NCBI GenBank assembly: GCA_964644445.1
Contig: CAZXVF010000001.1
Location: forward strand, 40,493 to 104,492
Source of the DNA: an uncultured Ruminococcus sp.
GTDB taxonomy: Bacteria; Bacillota; Clostridia; Oscillospirales; CAG-272
Length of the DNA stretch: 64,000 bases
Direction: 5' to 3'
The translations under genes and the position numbers were made by a program. Of this stretch, positions 1-8,921 are shown one piece after another. The notes beneath the pieces were generated by a model, which ran no database searches, was not told the origin of the DNA, and was given only the letters and a program-made list of their open reading frames with translations. Numbering within the stretch: the stretch's first letter is position 1; each line of letters begins with the position of its first letter.

Positions 1-927
1 ATCTACTATGATTTCATAATGGACTCCCTTAAACGTAACCGAGGTGACCTTTCCCGTCAGCATTCCGCTGTCTACGGATACGACGTCTACGTCCTCCGGA
101 CGAACCACCACGTCGACAGGCTCATTCTTGTCAAATCCTCCGTCCACGCAGTCGAAGGTATGAGCAGAGAAGCGTACCTTCTTGTCCTCAAGCATAACGC
201 CGTCGATAATATTACTTTCTCCGATAAAATCGGCAACGAATGCGTTTTTGGGCTCGTTATATATATCTGTCGGAGTTCCGATCTGCTGTATCTCTCCGTC
301 TGCAATAACCACGATCGTGTCGGACATGGAGAGTGCCTCCTCTTGATCGTGAGTTACGTAAATGAAGGTAATGCCTACGGCTTGCTGGATTGTTTTAAGC
401 TCGTTTTGCATATCCTTCCTCAGCTTGAGGTCAAGCGCTCCCAGCGGCTCATCCAAAAGCAAGACTCTCGGGTGAGATACGAGTGCTCTCGCGATAGCGA
501 CTCTTTGCTGCTGCCCGCCCGAAAGTGTGCTGACACTTTTATTTTCAAATCCGCTGAGAGCAACCATTTTCAGCATTTCGGATACTCTCGTTTTAATTTC
601 TTCTTCTGTTTTCTTCTTTAATCTAAGAGGAAAAGCTATGTTTTCGTAAACATTAAGATGAGGGAACAGGGCATATTTTTGGAATACCGTGTTTATATGC
701 CTCTTATGAGCGGGGACGTCACTGATTTCTACCCCGTCAAAATAAAGCTGACCTTCGTCAGCAGTCTCAAAGCCTCCGATTATCCTGAGAGTCGTCGTTT
801 TTCCGCAACCGGAAGGGCCGAGAAGAGTAATGAATTCACCGTCTCTTATGTAGAGATCCATAGAATCGATAACCTTTTCGCCGTCGTACGACTTCGAGAT
901 TCCTTTCAACTCAATGAGCTTTGCCAT
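1..927 (-). CDS. potA: Spermidine/putrescine-type ABC transporter ATP-binding protein (PotA family). The 3' end runs off the window.
   Basis: Absent from the ORF track because it is open at the window edge. Minus-strand translation from the ATG at 927 gives [59 protein letters not shown]... It has Walker [12 protein letters not shown] signature [15 protein letters not shown] and Walker B LLLDEP. The frame is open for all 309 codons to position 1. The + ORFs 19..621 and 658..975 are antisense shadows. Confidence 0.85.
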   Translation of the reverse strand, partial: MAKLIELKGISKSYDGEKVIDSMDLYIRDGEFITLLGPSGCGKTTTLRIIGGFETADEGQLYFDGVEISDVPAHKRHINTVFQKYALFPHLNVYENIAFPLRLKKKTEEEIKTRVSEMLKMVALSGFENKSVSTLSGGQQQRVAIARALVSHPRVLLLDEPLGALDLKLRKDMQNELKTIQQAVGITFIYVTHDQEEALSMSDTIVVIADGEIQQIGTPTDIYNEPKNAFVADFIGESNIIDGVMLEDKKVRFSAHTFDCVDGGFDKNEPVDVVVRPEDVDVVSVDSGMLTGKVTSVTFKGVHYEIIVD

Positions 928-1022
928 TTTATTAAAATCTCAAATCCTTTCTTACCGAGCGCACGCTCTTATTAATCAGGCGCATAATAAATGCAAAAGA
1001 CCTGATAGCGTCTATTATAACA

Positions 1023-1051
1023 AAAAGTAAATAGTTTTGCAATAGTTTTTT
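1023..1051 (-). promoter_or_regulatory. Sigma-A type promoter for potA
   Basis: On the minus strand: TTGCAA, 17 nt (aactatttactttttgt), TATAAT. It lies about 95 nt upstream of the potA ATG. Confidence 0.5.
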
Positions 1052-1138
1052 ATGATATTTTTTCGAAAAAAATAAGGAATAATCGTAATTAATCGGATTT
1101 TGTTTTGATTTTTCCGGAAAAAGCTCCGAATAACTCGT

Positions 1139-1175
1139 AAAATCTCGCAAAATCTCTTAAAATCTTAAAAAATCT
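1139..1175. repeat. Four phased direct repeats of AAAATCT at exact 10-bp spacing (phased A-tracts)
   Basis: AAAATCT occurs at 1139, 1149, 1159 and 1169. The repeats span the stop codon of the M50 gene and lie upstream of the potA promoter. Confidence 0.7.
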
Positions 1176-1803
1176 TCTCATTTGAGTATTTTAACCATTT
1201 TTTCAATTTTCCGATTACCGCAAACAAAAAAACGCCGAGTATCCAATACCCGTTGCCGAAGGTGTAAACCGTAAAAAGTGCGATGAGACACATCAAAAAA
1301 ACTATAACGAACGAAATGCCTTCGAGAATTCCGTACGCCCATTTTCCCGCATTAAAGTAAGATAGCAAGGCGTCTATTATTCTGTGACCGTCGTACCCCT
1401 CTATAGGCAGCATGTTCGATATCGCCGTTGCTAGATTCACCGTTATGAAAACCGTTTTGAAATCGCTCTGCGGCAATCGCATGATAAGTACGGCAAGGGT
1501 AGCAAGCAGATTAAACGCTATCCCCGCAGAGTAGATCAAAATATCCTGCCTGTAATTGCGGAGCTCGTTTTTTTCTATTCTGAGTCCTGATATATCTCCG
1601 CGTGGCAGATGGAGCTCGCCGCTGATGGCAAAATAGCATAAAACGTGTCCCGATTCGTGGATTATCATAGCAAGCACGGTGGCGTTAGCTCCCATTATAC
1701 CGTCGAAGCTGTATATCAGGCAGAGCCAAAAAATAACGGGTAATATATTTACCGCCTTGACCGAGATCCGCTTGATAATTTTTTTCATTGATTTTGCTCT
1801 CAT
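1165..1803 (-). CDS. Site-2 protease (peptidase M50) family membrane metalloprotease
   Basis: 212 aa and polytopic. It has an HExxH motif (IIHESGHVL) in a TM segment and a second M50 motif NxxPxxxxDG (ISNMLPIEGYDGHRI). The start is uncertain; there is an alternative Met at codon 6. Confidence 0.7.
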   Translation of the reverse strand: MRAKSMKKIIKRISVKAVNILPVIFWLCLIYSFDGIMGANATVLAMIIHESGHVLCYFAISGELHLPRGDISGLRIEKNELRNYRQDILIYSAGIAFNLLATLAVLIMRLPQSDFKTVFITVNLATAISNMLPIEGYDGHRIIDALLSYFNAGKWAYGILEGISFVIVFLMCLIALFTVYTFGNGYWILGVFLFAVIGKLKKWLKYSNEKIF

Positions 1804-1886
1804 AAACGATTAGCTTCACCTTTGATAAAAAACAAGATTTTCGTGTAGTAAAGTATATTACCCGTTATTTAGTTTAATTCTGCCTA

Positions 1887-2708
1887 TTATCCGCCTCCGG
1901 CGGCAGATTTAGGCTTTATCTTAATTCTTTTCGGAATAAATACGTCGGAGGTCTTCGTTATTTCAACCGTTTTGCTTCTGGATACTCTGACCGTAAGAGC
2001 GTTTGTCTCCGGATTCAGACCTGCGACTCTGCCAGGTAGCCTTCTGCCGTTAGAGATGCATCTGACCTTAGCACCGTTCAGTACGAATTTGCGTTTATAA
2101 TATTCCATCGATTTTTCCGGAGATCTGATATTTAAGTATGCATTGAAGAAATTTTCGAGCACTGCCTTCGCCATCATCACTCCGACCGACGGATTTCCTT
2201 CTTCGAATACCTTTTTGATCATATCGCAAAGTCGGGGAGGAAAATTCTTCTCGTCCATTCGCACCGCGAAGCTTATTATCATATATTCGTACGAGAACTG
2301 ATCGCGGAGCTTTCCTTCGATTTGCGTACCTCCGATCTTAACACCGTCACAGTATAAATCTGTTGCCCATGAAATACCGATACTTTTCTCGGTGAAGCTT
2401 TCTACTGCCTGTGCAAGTGCCGCAATGGATATAGGACCTATCGCGCTTAACTGCGAGGTGAAAAACGAGGGCCTTAAAATTACGGAAAGGAAAATCCCGT
2501 TTTCAAACCGCCCCTCACGTGTTCGCGTACCTATCAGCCGTCCGTCCGACTGCCTCTCCGTAAATATCGCATATCGATCGGGATATCCCTGCGCTGCGTA
2601 CTCCTTTGCCAAGAGCGCGGTGGAGGGAAGAGCATCTCTGTATTCTATTTTAACCGACGTTCCGTTTCCGACCTTAATGGTCGAATAGCTTTTTCCGTCT
2701 ATTGCCAT
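1887..2708 (-). CDS. Biotin/lipoate protein ligase family protein (BirA-like, no N-terminal HTH)
   Basis: 273 aa. The block SWATDLYCDGVKIGGTQIEG resembles the BirA KWPNDL...K.GGIL.E region. The glycine-rich biotin-binding motif looks degenerate (GTRTREGRF where GRGRxGRxW is expected). A GGAGGGG RBS lies upstream. Confidence 0.5.
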   Translation of the reverse strand: MAIDGKSYSTIKVGNGTSVKIEYRDALPSTALLAKEYAAQGYPDRYAIFTERQSDGRLIGTRTREGRFENGIFLSVILRPSFFTSQLSAIGPISIAALAQAVESFTEKSIGISWATDLYCDGVKIGGTQIEGKLRDQFSYEYMIISFAVRMDEKNFPPRLCDMIKKVFEEGNPSVGVMMAKAVLENFFNAYLNIRSPEKSMEYYKRKFVLNGAKVRCISNGRRLPGRVAGLNPETNALTVRVSRSKTVEITKTSDVFIPKRIKIKPKSAAGGG

Positions 2709-2808
2709 GTGCCCCTCCTTCCGGTTGATTCGATTTTGCGTTCGTTTGAACGATTTAACGCCACGCTAGCATGCGCTACGCCGTTACACGTGAACGATTA
2801 CGCGATTA

Positions 2809-4251
2809 TCAGTAAGCCTTACCCCAGTAAACGAGCTTTTTGGCGGCTCTTCCGCAGCATACGCATTTATCCGAGCATGCCTCACCGTCAAACGGCATAC
2901 ATCTTGAAGTAACGTCGGCAACCTCCTTCAGCTTAAGCTCGCATTCCAAGTCGCCGCACCACATAGCCTTGATGTAACCGCTCTTCGTGCCTGCAATCTC
3001 GCACAGCTCCTCAAGTGACGTTGCCGTGTACGTTCTGTTTTCTCTGTTTTCAAGTGCCTTGTTATACAGAGCGACGCGCAGATCCTCAAGTCCTTTTCTT
3101 ACCGCATCTACCACGTTATTGATATTTACGAAGGCTTTTTCTCTGTTATCTCGTCTGACTATTACGCACTTGTTTTCGGCAATATCGCGAGGACCGATTT
3201 CCACTCTGAGCGGAACGCCCTTCATTTCATATTCCGAGAGCTTCCAGCCGATTGAGTGATCCGAGTCATCCATTTTTACTCGTAATCCGGCGTTACGCAG
3301 AGTTTCTGTAAGCTTGGATGCCGCCTCAAGCACACCTTCCTTATGCTGCTGTGCGGGAATGACTACCACTTGTATGGGAGCAACTGCGGGAGGAAGCACC
3401 AGACCTGAATCGTCGCCGTGAGTCATGATGATACCGCCGATAATTCTCGTGGAAACGCCCCAAGACGTCTGATGAGGATATTTTAAGGTGTTGTCACTGT
3501 CTAAGTATTGAATATCGAAGGCCTTTGCGAATCCGTCGCCGAAGTTGTGCGAGGTTCCTCCCTGAAGAGCCTTTCCGTCGTGCATGAGTGCTTCAACTGT
3601 GTACGTCGCAAGAGCGCCTGCGAATTTTTCTTTATCGGTTTTTTGTCCCTTGATAACCGGCATACCGAGGTCGTTTTCAAAGAAATCCGCATAAACGTTC
3701 AGCATCTGTACGGTTCTTGCTTCAGCCTCCTCGGCAGTTCTGTGCATGGTATGTCCCTCCTGCCAAAGGAATTCTCTGGATCTCAAGAAGGGACGCGTGG
3801 TCTTTTCCCATCTGACTACGGAGCACCACTGATTATATACCTTCGGAAGGTCTCTGTAAGATTTGATTATGTTAGCGTAATGCTCGCAGAAAAGCGTTTC
3901 CGACGTCGGTCTTACGCAAAGCCGCTCGGAGAGCCTTTCCTCACCACCCATAGTTACCCAAGCGACCTCGGGAGCAAAGCCCTCTACGTGATCCTTTTCT
4001 TTTTTGAGTAAGGATTCGGGGATGAACATAGGCATATAAACGTTTTCAACGCCCGTTGCCTTGAATCTTGAGTCCAAAATTTTCTGTATATTTTCCCAGA
4101 TTGCATATCCGTAAGGACGTATTATCATACACCCCTTTACGCTCGAATAGTCAATCAAGTCGGCTTTTTTTACGATATCGGTATACCATTTAGCAAAATC
4201 TTCATCCATAGAAGTTATTTCGGTAACCAGTTTTTTGTCATTCTTTGCCAT
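2809..4251 (-). CDS. proS: Prolyl-tRNA synthetase, archaeal/eukaryote-like class II type
   Basis: Full-length match to my recollection of ProRS, including [15 protein letters not shown] and HGDDSGL blocks. The C-terminal Cys-rich domain ends in ...YWGKAY. I prefer the ATG at 4251 (MAKNDKK), which follows an AAAGGA RBS, over the track start at 4272. Confidence 0.9.
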   Translation of the reverse strand: MAKNDKKLVTEITSMDEDFAKWYTDIVKKADLIDYSSVKGCMIIRPYGYAIWENIQKILDSRFKATGVENVYMPMFIPESLLKKEKDHVEGFAPEVAWVTMGGEERLSERLCVRPTSETLFCEHYANIIKSYRDLPKVYNQWCSVVRWEKTTRPFLRSREFLWQEGHTMHRTAEEAEARTVQMLNVYADFFENDLGMPVIKGQKTDKEKFAGALATYTVEALMHDGKALQGGTSHNFGDGFAKAFDIQYLDSDNTLKYPHQTSWGVSTRIIGGIIMTHGDDSGLVLPPAVAPIQVVVIPAQQHKEGVLEAASKLTETLRNAGLRVKMDDSDHSIGWKLSEYEMKGVPLRVEIGPRDIAENKCVIVRRDNREKAFVNINNVVDAVRKGLEDLRVALYNKALENRENRTYTATSLEELCEIAGTKSGYIKAMWCGDLECELKLKEVADVTSRCMPFDGEACSDKCVCCGRAAKKLVYWGKAY

Positions 4252-4378
4252 ATAAGTTTCCTTTCGATGCAACGTAATTTATGCGCACGGTCAAATTCGG
4301 TATATTAAAGTTAAAAGCTTCCGCACCAGACTGTAAGGATCGTGCGCAACTGTATCACGCATGTTAATTAACGCAATA

Positions 4379-4407
4379 ATTATATACCAACTTTTGATGT
4401 TTGTCAA
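4379..4407 (-). promoter_or_regulatory. Consensus sigma-A promoter for proS
   Basis: On the minus strand: TTGACA (4407..4402), 17 nt, TATAAT (4384..4379). Confidence 0.55.
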
Positions 4408-4606
4408 GTATTCCGTAAAAAATGAATCAACTCACGAAAGAAGCAAAAAACGCAAATCAAAGAACGCCGAATTTCAATAGAGAAATGTATTGGGGCGTCC
4501 CTAAAACAAAACCAAACAGAAGCAGAAAAAGTAATGCAAAATTCCGCGGATAATGTACCGAGAATTTATTAAATCACATTTTTTGCGACAAATTTCGTAA
4601 AGGCTA

Positions 4607-4636
4607 TTGAAAAATCCTCGGCAAGTACGCTATAAT
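4607..4636 (+). promoter_or_regulatory. Sigma-A type promoter for the aminotransferase gene
   Basis: TTGAAA (4607..4612), 18 nt, TATAAT (4631..4636). It lies about 150 nt upstream of the ATG at 4786. Confidence 0.45.
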
Positions 4637-4785
4637 GTCTGTACGTAAGGATACGCAGTTGAAAATTTTATCCTAGTTTATCCAAAAAACGTTTAAGGCA
4701 CATTGAAAATATACTGTAATTAAGGAACCGTTAAACGTAAAACGAAATTCGATTCGTATAAAAATCAATTAAAGGCAAATGAAAA

Positions 4786-6093
4786 ATGAAAATCACAAAA
4801 AAATATGAGGATATGTCCCTGTCTGACTTACGGAACGAATACGCCGAGGTCGAGAGGGAATATAAAAAATACAAGTGCATGAATCTATCGCTTGATCTGT
4901 CAAGGGGAAAGCCCAATTCGGATCAGCTGGATATAAGCCTCCCGCTTCTTTCGGAGGCGCGCCCGAGAGAGAAGTGCTTTTCCTCAAACGGCGTCGATTG
5001 CCGTAATTACGGTGTTCTTGACGGAATACCTGAGATGAAGCGTCTTTTTGCTGACATTCTCGGAATTAATGAAAAATACGTGACAGTCGGCGGAAATTCG
5101 TCACTGCAGCTTATGTACGACACGTTGGCTCGTGCTATGCTTTTCGGTGTGGTCGGATCAAGTGAGCCGTGGTGCAAGCAGAATAATTTGAAATGGATTT
5201 GTGTAGTTCCGGGGTATGACAGACATTTCAAGATGACTGAGTATTTAGGATTTCAACTGTTATCGGTTAATATGACGAGCGACGGGCCGGATATGAATGC
5301 TGTTGAGGAGCTTGTAAAGGATCCTACCGTGAAGGGAATTTGGTGCGTTCCGAAGTATTCGAATCCTACCGGAAATACTTATTCCGATGAAGTAGTCCGC
5401 CGCTTGGCAAAAATGAAGTGTGCCGCTCCGGATTTCAGAATAATGTGGGATAATGCATACGCGGTACACGATCTTGATGAAAACGGTGACAGACTTCTCG
5501 ATATATTTACGGAAGCGGAAAAATACGGAAACGAGGATAGAATATTCTATTACGCATCAACTTCAAAGATAACCTTCCCGGGCGGCGGTGTGGCAATGAT
5601 GGCGGCATCGGAACGCAACCTTAAGCAGATCGAACCTTATCTTGGAGTTCAAACGATAGGTTACGACAAATTGAATCAGCTTCGTCATACGGCGTATTTC
5701 AAGGATAAAGAAGCCGTTCACCGACATATGATGTTGCTTGCTGATTTCATAGGTAAAAAGTTTAGAATAGCACTTAACGCATTGGAGTCCCTGAGAGGAT
5801 TGGGTATTGCGGAATGGACGAATCCCAAGGGCGGATACTTTATTTCGCTCAACGTGATGGCAGGAACTGCAAAGAGGGTATACGAGCTTGCTAAAGACGC
5901 GGGCGTTACTCTCACGACTGTGGGGGCAACGTATCCGTACGGAATAGATCCGGAAGATAAGAACCTTAGAATAGCCCCAACGTATCCTTCTGACGAAGAA
6001 GTAGACGAGGCGTCAAAAATACTCGTTCTATCGGTGAAAATGGCAGCTGCAGAAAAATTGATAAATGAAAAGCTAAATGATGAAATAGTCTGA
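4786..6093 (+). CDS. PLP-dependent aminotransferase, fold type I (aspartate-aminotransferase-like family)
   Basis: 435 aa. It has class I/II aminotransferase features: NPTGN, DNAY, and YASTSKITFPGGG with the candidate PLP lysine. Confidence 0.75.
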   Translation: MKITKKYEDMSLSDLRNEYAEVEREYKKYKCMNLSLDLSRGKPNSDQLDISLPLLSEARPREKCFSSNGVDCRNYGVLDGIPEMKRLFADILGINEKYVTVGGNSSLQLMYDTLARAMLFGVVGSSEPWCKQNNLKWICVVPGYDRHFKMTEYLGFQLLSVNMTSDGPDMNAVEELVKDPTVKGIWCVPKYSNPTGNTYSDEVVRRLAKMKCAAPDFRIMWDNAYAVHDLDENGDRLLDIFTEAEKYGNEDRIFYYASTSKITFPGGGVAMMAASERNLKQIEPYLGVQTIGYDKLNQLRHTAYFKDKEAVHRHMMLLADFIGKKFRIALNALESLRGLGIAEWTNPKGGYFISLNVMAGTAKRVYELAKDAGVTLTTVGATYPYGIDPEDKNLRIAPTYPSDEEVDEASKILVLSVKMAAAEKLINEKLNDEIV

Positions 6094-6109
6094 ATGCCGA
6101 ATATAAAAT

Positions 6110-6134
6110 CAGGCAGTATGAGTTTGCCTGTTTT
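6110..6134 (+). terminator. Rho-independent terminator after the aminotransferase gene
   Basis: Stem CAGGCA (6110..6115) pairs with TGCCTG (6125..6130), followed by TTTT. Confidence 0.6.
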
Positions 6135-6148
6135 GAAAAATCATATGG

Positions 6149-6186
6149 AAAAAGGTCTGTGCGCTATGAACAGACCTTTTCTTTTA
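6149..6186. terminator. Bidirectional hairpin terminator
   Basis: AAAGGTCTG ... CAGACCTTT stem, flanked by an A-run upstream and a T-rich run downstream. On the minus strand it could end the transcript of the 66-aa gene. Confidence 0.55.
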
Positions 6187-6486
6187 CTATAGTAGCTTTT
6201 ATATCCGATGCATAAGAATATTAGCTGCTTCGGTTAATAGATTGCAAAGTAATTATCGATGCGAACTGCGACTTTGATCGGTTGAATACCGTGAAAATGG
6301 ATGAATGCTAATTTGTTAGAAAAATAGTATTGTAAAAAAACGATATATAGGCAAAAAATGTTTAAGTGCTACATTCCTAATTTATGCTATAAAAGTAAAA
6401 AAGTTATTTAATAGTTGTTTAATTTGTCAACGATTTTACTAATGAGCTTGTGTAAAGTTCTAATGGTCTTATCACTTTGTAAATAC

Positions 6487-6687
6487 CTATTTTTTATTCC
6501 TATTGATAATTTCCCAAATCATATCCGCTGTATCGGCCATTATTTCCCATTTTGTTACCGTGCTGTCATGTAAGTAATTACCGTTAAAAATCGGTGAGCG
6601 TTGATATTCGTTTTTGCTTGCAATTCCAGTGATATTGTAGTCTGAACTTTCGGAAATTTTATTTTTATCCTTTGCTTTGCTTCTCAT
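6487..6687 (-). CDS. Hypothetical small protein (66 aa), orphan
   Basis: A strong RBS (AAAGGAGG, 6-nt spacer) precedes the ATG, and a plausible promoter (TTGTGT, 18 nt, TATAAT) lies upstream. I recognise no family. It is divergent from the TetR gene. Confidence 0.45.
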   Translation of the reverse strand: MRSKAKDKNKISESSDYNITGIASKNEYQRSPIFNGNYLHDSTVTKWEIMADTADMIWEIINRNKK

Positions 6688-6806
6688 ATTTACCTCCTTT
6701 CTTTCAGATTATATCTTACTTATTTAGGACAACACAACGACTTATATTGAACTTTTGAATAATTTTGTACGGTGTGTAGTATTTTGACCAAATTGTAGTG
6801 AATTTC

Positions 6807-6835
6807 TTGACGTGAAGTAGCTTTTGATTTATAAT
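6807..6835 (+). promoter_or_regulatory. Sigma-A type promoter for the TetR gene
   Basis: TTGACG (6807..6812), 17 nt, TATAAT (6830..6835). Confidence 0.5.
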
Positions 6836-6858
6836 GATCTAAGAATGGAGGAAAATAA

Positions 6859-7416
6859 ATGAAAAAAGAGTATAGATGCGTCGCGCGAACAAAAAGAATG
6901 ATTCGATTGGCTTTTACAGAGCTTCTTGATGAAAAAAAGAATATCGAGAGTATTACAGTTAGCGCTATTGTAAAACGTGCAGATATTGCAAAAAGCACCT
7001 TTTATAATCACTATAGTGATGTATATTCAGTAGCCGAGGAATTTGAAAACGAATTGATAAATGAACTATCAGTCACTTTAGATGAAATAGCGGTTGTTGA
7101 TTCAACAGAATATGAGAAATATATTAAGAAATTAATAGAATTTTTAGAAGAAAATGAGGATATTTACAGTCGTGTCATAATGTCATCTAACGTTCGCTTT
7201 TTCATTGATAAGCTTAAACTTATAGTATCCAAAAAGATGTTTGAGGAAAGCACTGTTTTTTCTTTATCTCAAAACAAATCTGAAAGATATGCACAGATTC
7301 GTTTCTTGACTAATGCATCTGTTGATACGATGGTGGATTATTTCAAAGGAACATTGGATGTGTCGCTTAACAAAGTGGGAGATATCATCATTTCTCTTTT
7401 AAATAGATTGAGATAG
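6859..7416 (+). CDS. TetR/AcrR family transcriptional regulator
   Basis: 185 aa. The N-terminal TetR HTH signature is ITVSAIVKRADIAKSTFYNHYSDVYSV. A GGAGG RBS is present. Confidence 0.8.
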   Translation: MKKEYRCVARTKRMIRLAFTELLDEKKNIESITVSAIVKRADIAKSTFYNHYSDVYSVAEEFENELINELSVTLDEIAVVDSTEYEKYIKKLIEFLEENEDIYSRVIMSSNVRFFIDKLKLIVSKKMFEESTVFSLSQNKSERYAQIRFLTNASVDTMVDYFKGTLDVSLNKVGDIIISLLNRLR

Positions 7417-7683
7417 ATTTATACGAACGTGGAACTGTTACTACATAAAATCAGTGATATTTACGAGTGTGAACAATAAAGTAAAATCTTAATTTATGAA
7501 AATTGTTTCATAGCAGTACTGGGATTTTCATAAAAAATGAACGAAGTATCAATTGGATCAGCATTTATTTGCCATCGATTATGATATTTCGTTCATTCTT
7601 ATTATTACGTTTTAAAATCTAAATCAAGTTGTCTTACATCTGTATTTAGATATATTCAGTCTTCATAGTTTGTTTTGTTTGCA

Positions 7684-8721
7684 TTAGTTTACGTTGTTCC
7701 TAAATCCGCGTCCCATGATTTCACTGGTCTTGGTTATGATCATAAACGCTCCAGGATCTATCTTGTTTACTTCTTTACGAAGTCGGATAGCCTCGGATCT
7801 TTTGCACACGGTCATGACTACGGTTTTCCCTTGATGAGTATATGCGCCTTCTGCGTGATATACCGTTGCGCTGTGAGCAAGCTTCTTTGTTATGAACTCA
7901 TTGATTTCTTCGGGCTTCGTCGTAATTATCGTGAATGATTTACAAAGATTAATGGAATCTATTATATCGTCGATTATGAATATTTTTGCAAACAGTCCGA
8001 GAAGTGAGAAAAGTCCGGTTTGAGTATCAAAGAAGAAAACGCCGTCTTTGCATCCGATGAATGTGGTAAGTGCGATGAGTAAATCTGTGAAGAGCAATGC
8101 CGTTCCGATGTTTAGATCCGTATGCTTCTTGAATATCAAAGCGATTATATCCGTTCCTCCCGAGGAAGCCTTGCACTTAAACAATATTGCAGATCCTATT
8201 CCGGTGAGTAGAACCGCATAAACCAATTCCAACAGCGGTTCGGACGTCATTTTTCCGTCAAAGGGGAATATAAGTATGTTCGATGTAGGGAATACCGCCT
8301 CAAAAAGTATGTTTTCAAGCGATATCATCATAGAGCAATAGCAAGTCAAAATGCCGCACTCGCGTCCGAGAAAAACAAAGCCTATTATCAATAACAATAT
8401 ATTGATCGCGAGCATATACGTGCCTTGTGATATCTTAAACGGAAGTAAATTTGCCAGCACGACGGAAAGACCACTCACGCCTCCCGTTGCAAATCCGTTA
8501 GGCGTTTTGAAAAAATAAATTCCGATTGTGGTAAGAAGTATGCCGAGATTCACGTAAAGAAAGTATTTTACGTTCTTGGGATTGAAAAAGCTTCCGTTGC
8601 CGATGTGGTTAAATCCTACCTCGGGTTCGTCTTGGTTAATAGTTACCTTTTGTTCGGTTTTCTCGTCTTTCATATAAGCCCTCATCGCGGTGTAATATGC
8701 AGATAAATTAACGTAGATCAC
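7684..8721 (-). CDS. YitT family membrane protein with C-terminal DUF2179-like domain
   Basis: 345 aa. It has a polytopic N-terminal part (GFATGGVSGLSVVL) and a soluble C-terminal domain (TIITTKPEEINEFI...VMTVCKRSEAIRLRKEVNKIDPGAFMII). The track start is GTG; in-frame ATGs at codons 13 and 17 are alternatives. Confidence 0.75.
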   Translation of the reverse strand: MIYVNLSAYYTAMRAYMKDEKTEQKVTINQDEPEVGFNHIGNGSFFNPKNVKYFLYVNLGILLTTIGIYFFKTPNGFATGGVSGLSVVLANLLPFKISQGTYMLAINILLLIIGFVFLGRECGILTCYCSMMISLENILFEAVFPTSNILIFPFDGKMTSEPLLELVYAVLLTGIGSAILFKCKASSGGTDIIALIFKKHTDLNIGTALLFTDLLIALTTFIGCKDGVFFFDTQTGLFSLLGLFAKIFIIDDIIDSINLCKSFTIITTKPEEINEFITKKLAHSATVYHAEGAYTHQGKTVVMTVCKRSEAIRLRKEVNKIDPGAFMIITKTSEIMGRGFRNNVN

Positions 8722-8858
8722 TGCACATAATAATTATACACTTATTTTGTCGAAAGTCAATACATTTTGCAAAATAAAGCCTTTGTCAGCTGTAAAATCG
8801 AAATCGCAAAAATGTAAAAATAGTATTTTTCACAGCCAAAATGTCAAGCCCGAAAATA

Positions 8859-8887
8859 TTGACAAATAAAGAAATATATGATATAAT
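8859..8887 (+). promoter_or_regulatory. Consensus sigma-A promoter ahead of the TerB/ATPase/helicase operon
   Basis: TTGACA (8859..8864), 17 nt, TATAAT (8882..8887). A GGAGG RBS sits 8 nt before the GTG start at 8922. Confidence 0.55.
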
Positions 8888-8921
8888 TTATATTTGATAA
8901 AAAAGTTGCGGAGGTGATGGT

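Noticed and set aside
19-975. Two + strand ORFs (200 aa and 105 aa) from the ORF track
   Set aside because: They lie antisense to a clean PotA-family ABC ATPase reading frame with all canonical motifs. Their translations are low-complexity and match no family I recognise.
1139-1175. Short direct repeats considered as a mini CRISPR-like or tandem array
   Set aside because: The units are 7 nt at a 10-bp period with no spacers of CRISPR size, and no cas genes are present. I interpret them as phased A-tracts instead.
4252-4407. Possible T-box riboswitch upstream of proS
   Set aside because: The leader is only about 105-125 nt. I could not find a specifier loop and T-box consensus (AANNNGGGTGGTACCGCG-like). 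A short GGTGCGG stretch is not enough.
6190-6486. Mini-ORFs (9-17 codons, for example MFKCYIPNLCYKSKKVI) in the noncoding DNA downstream of the 66-aa gene
   Set aside because: They have no RBS, are very short, and lie in AT-rich sequence. They cannot be supported from sequence alone.
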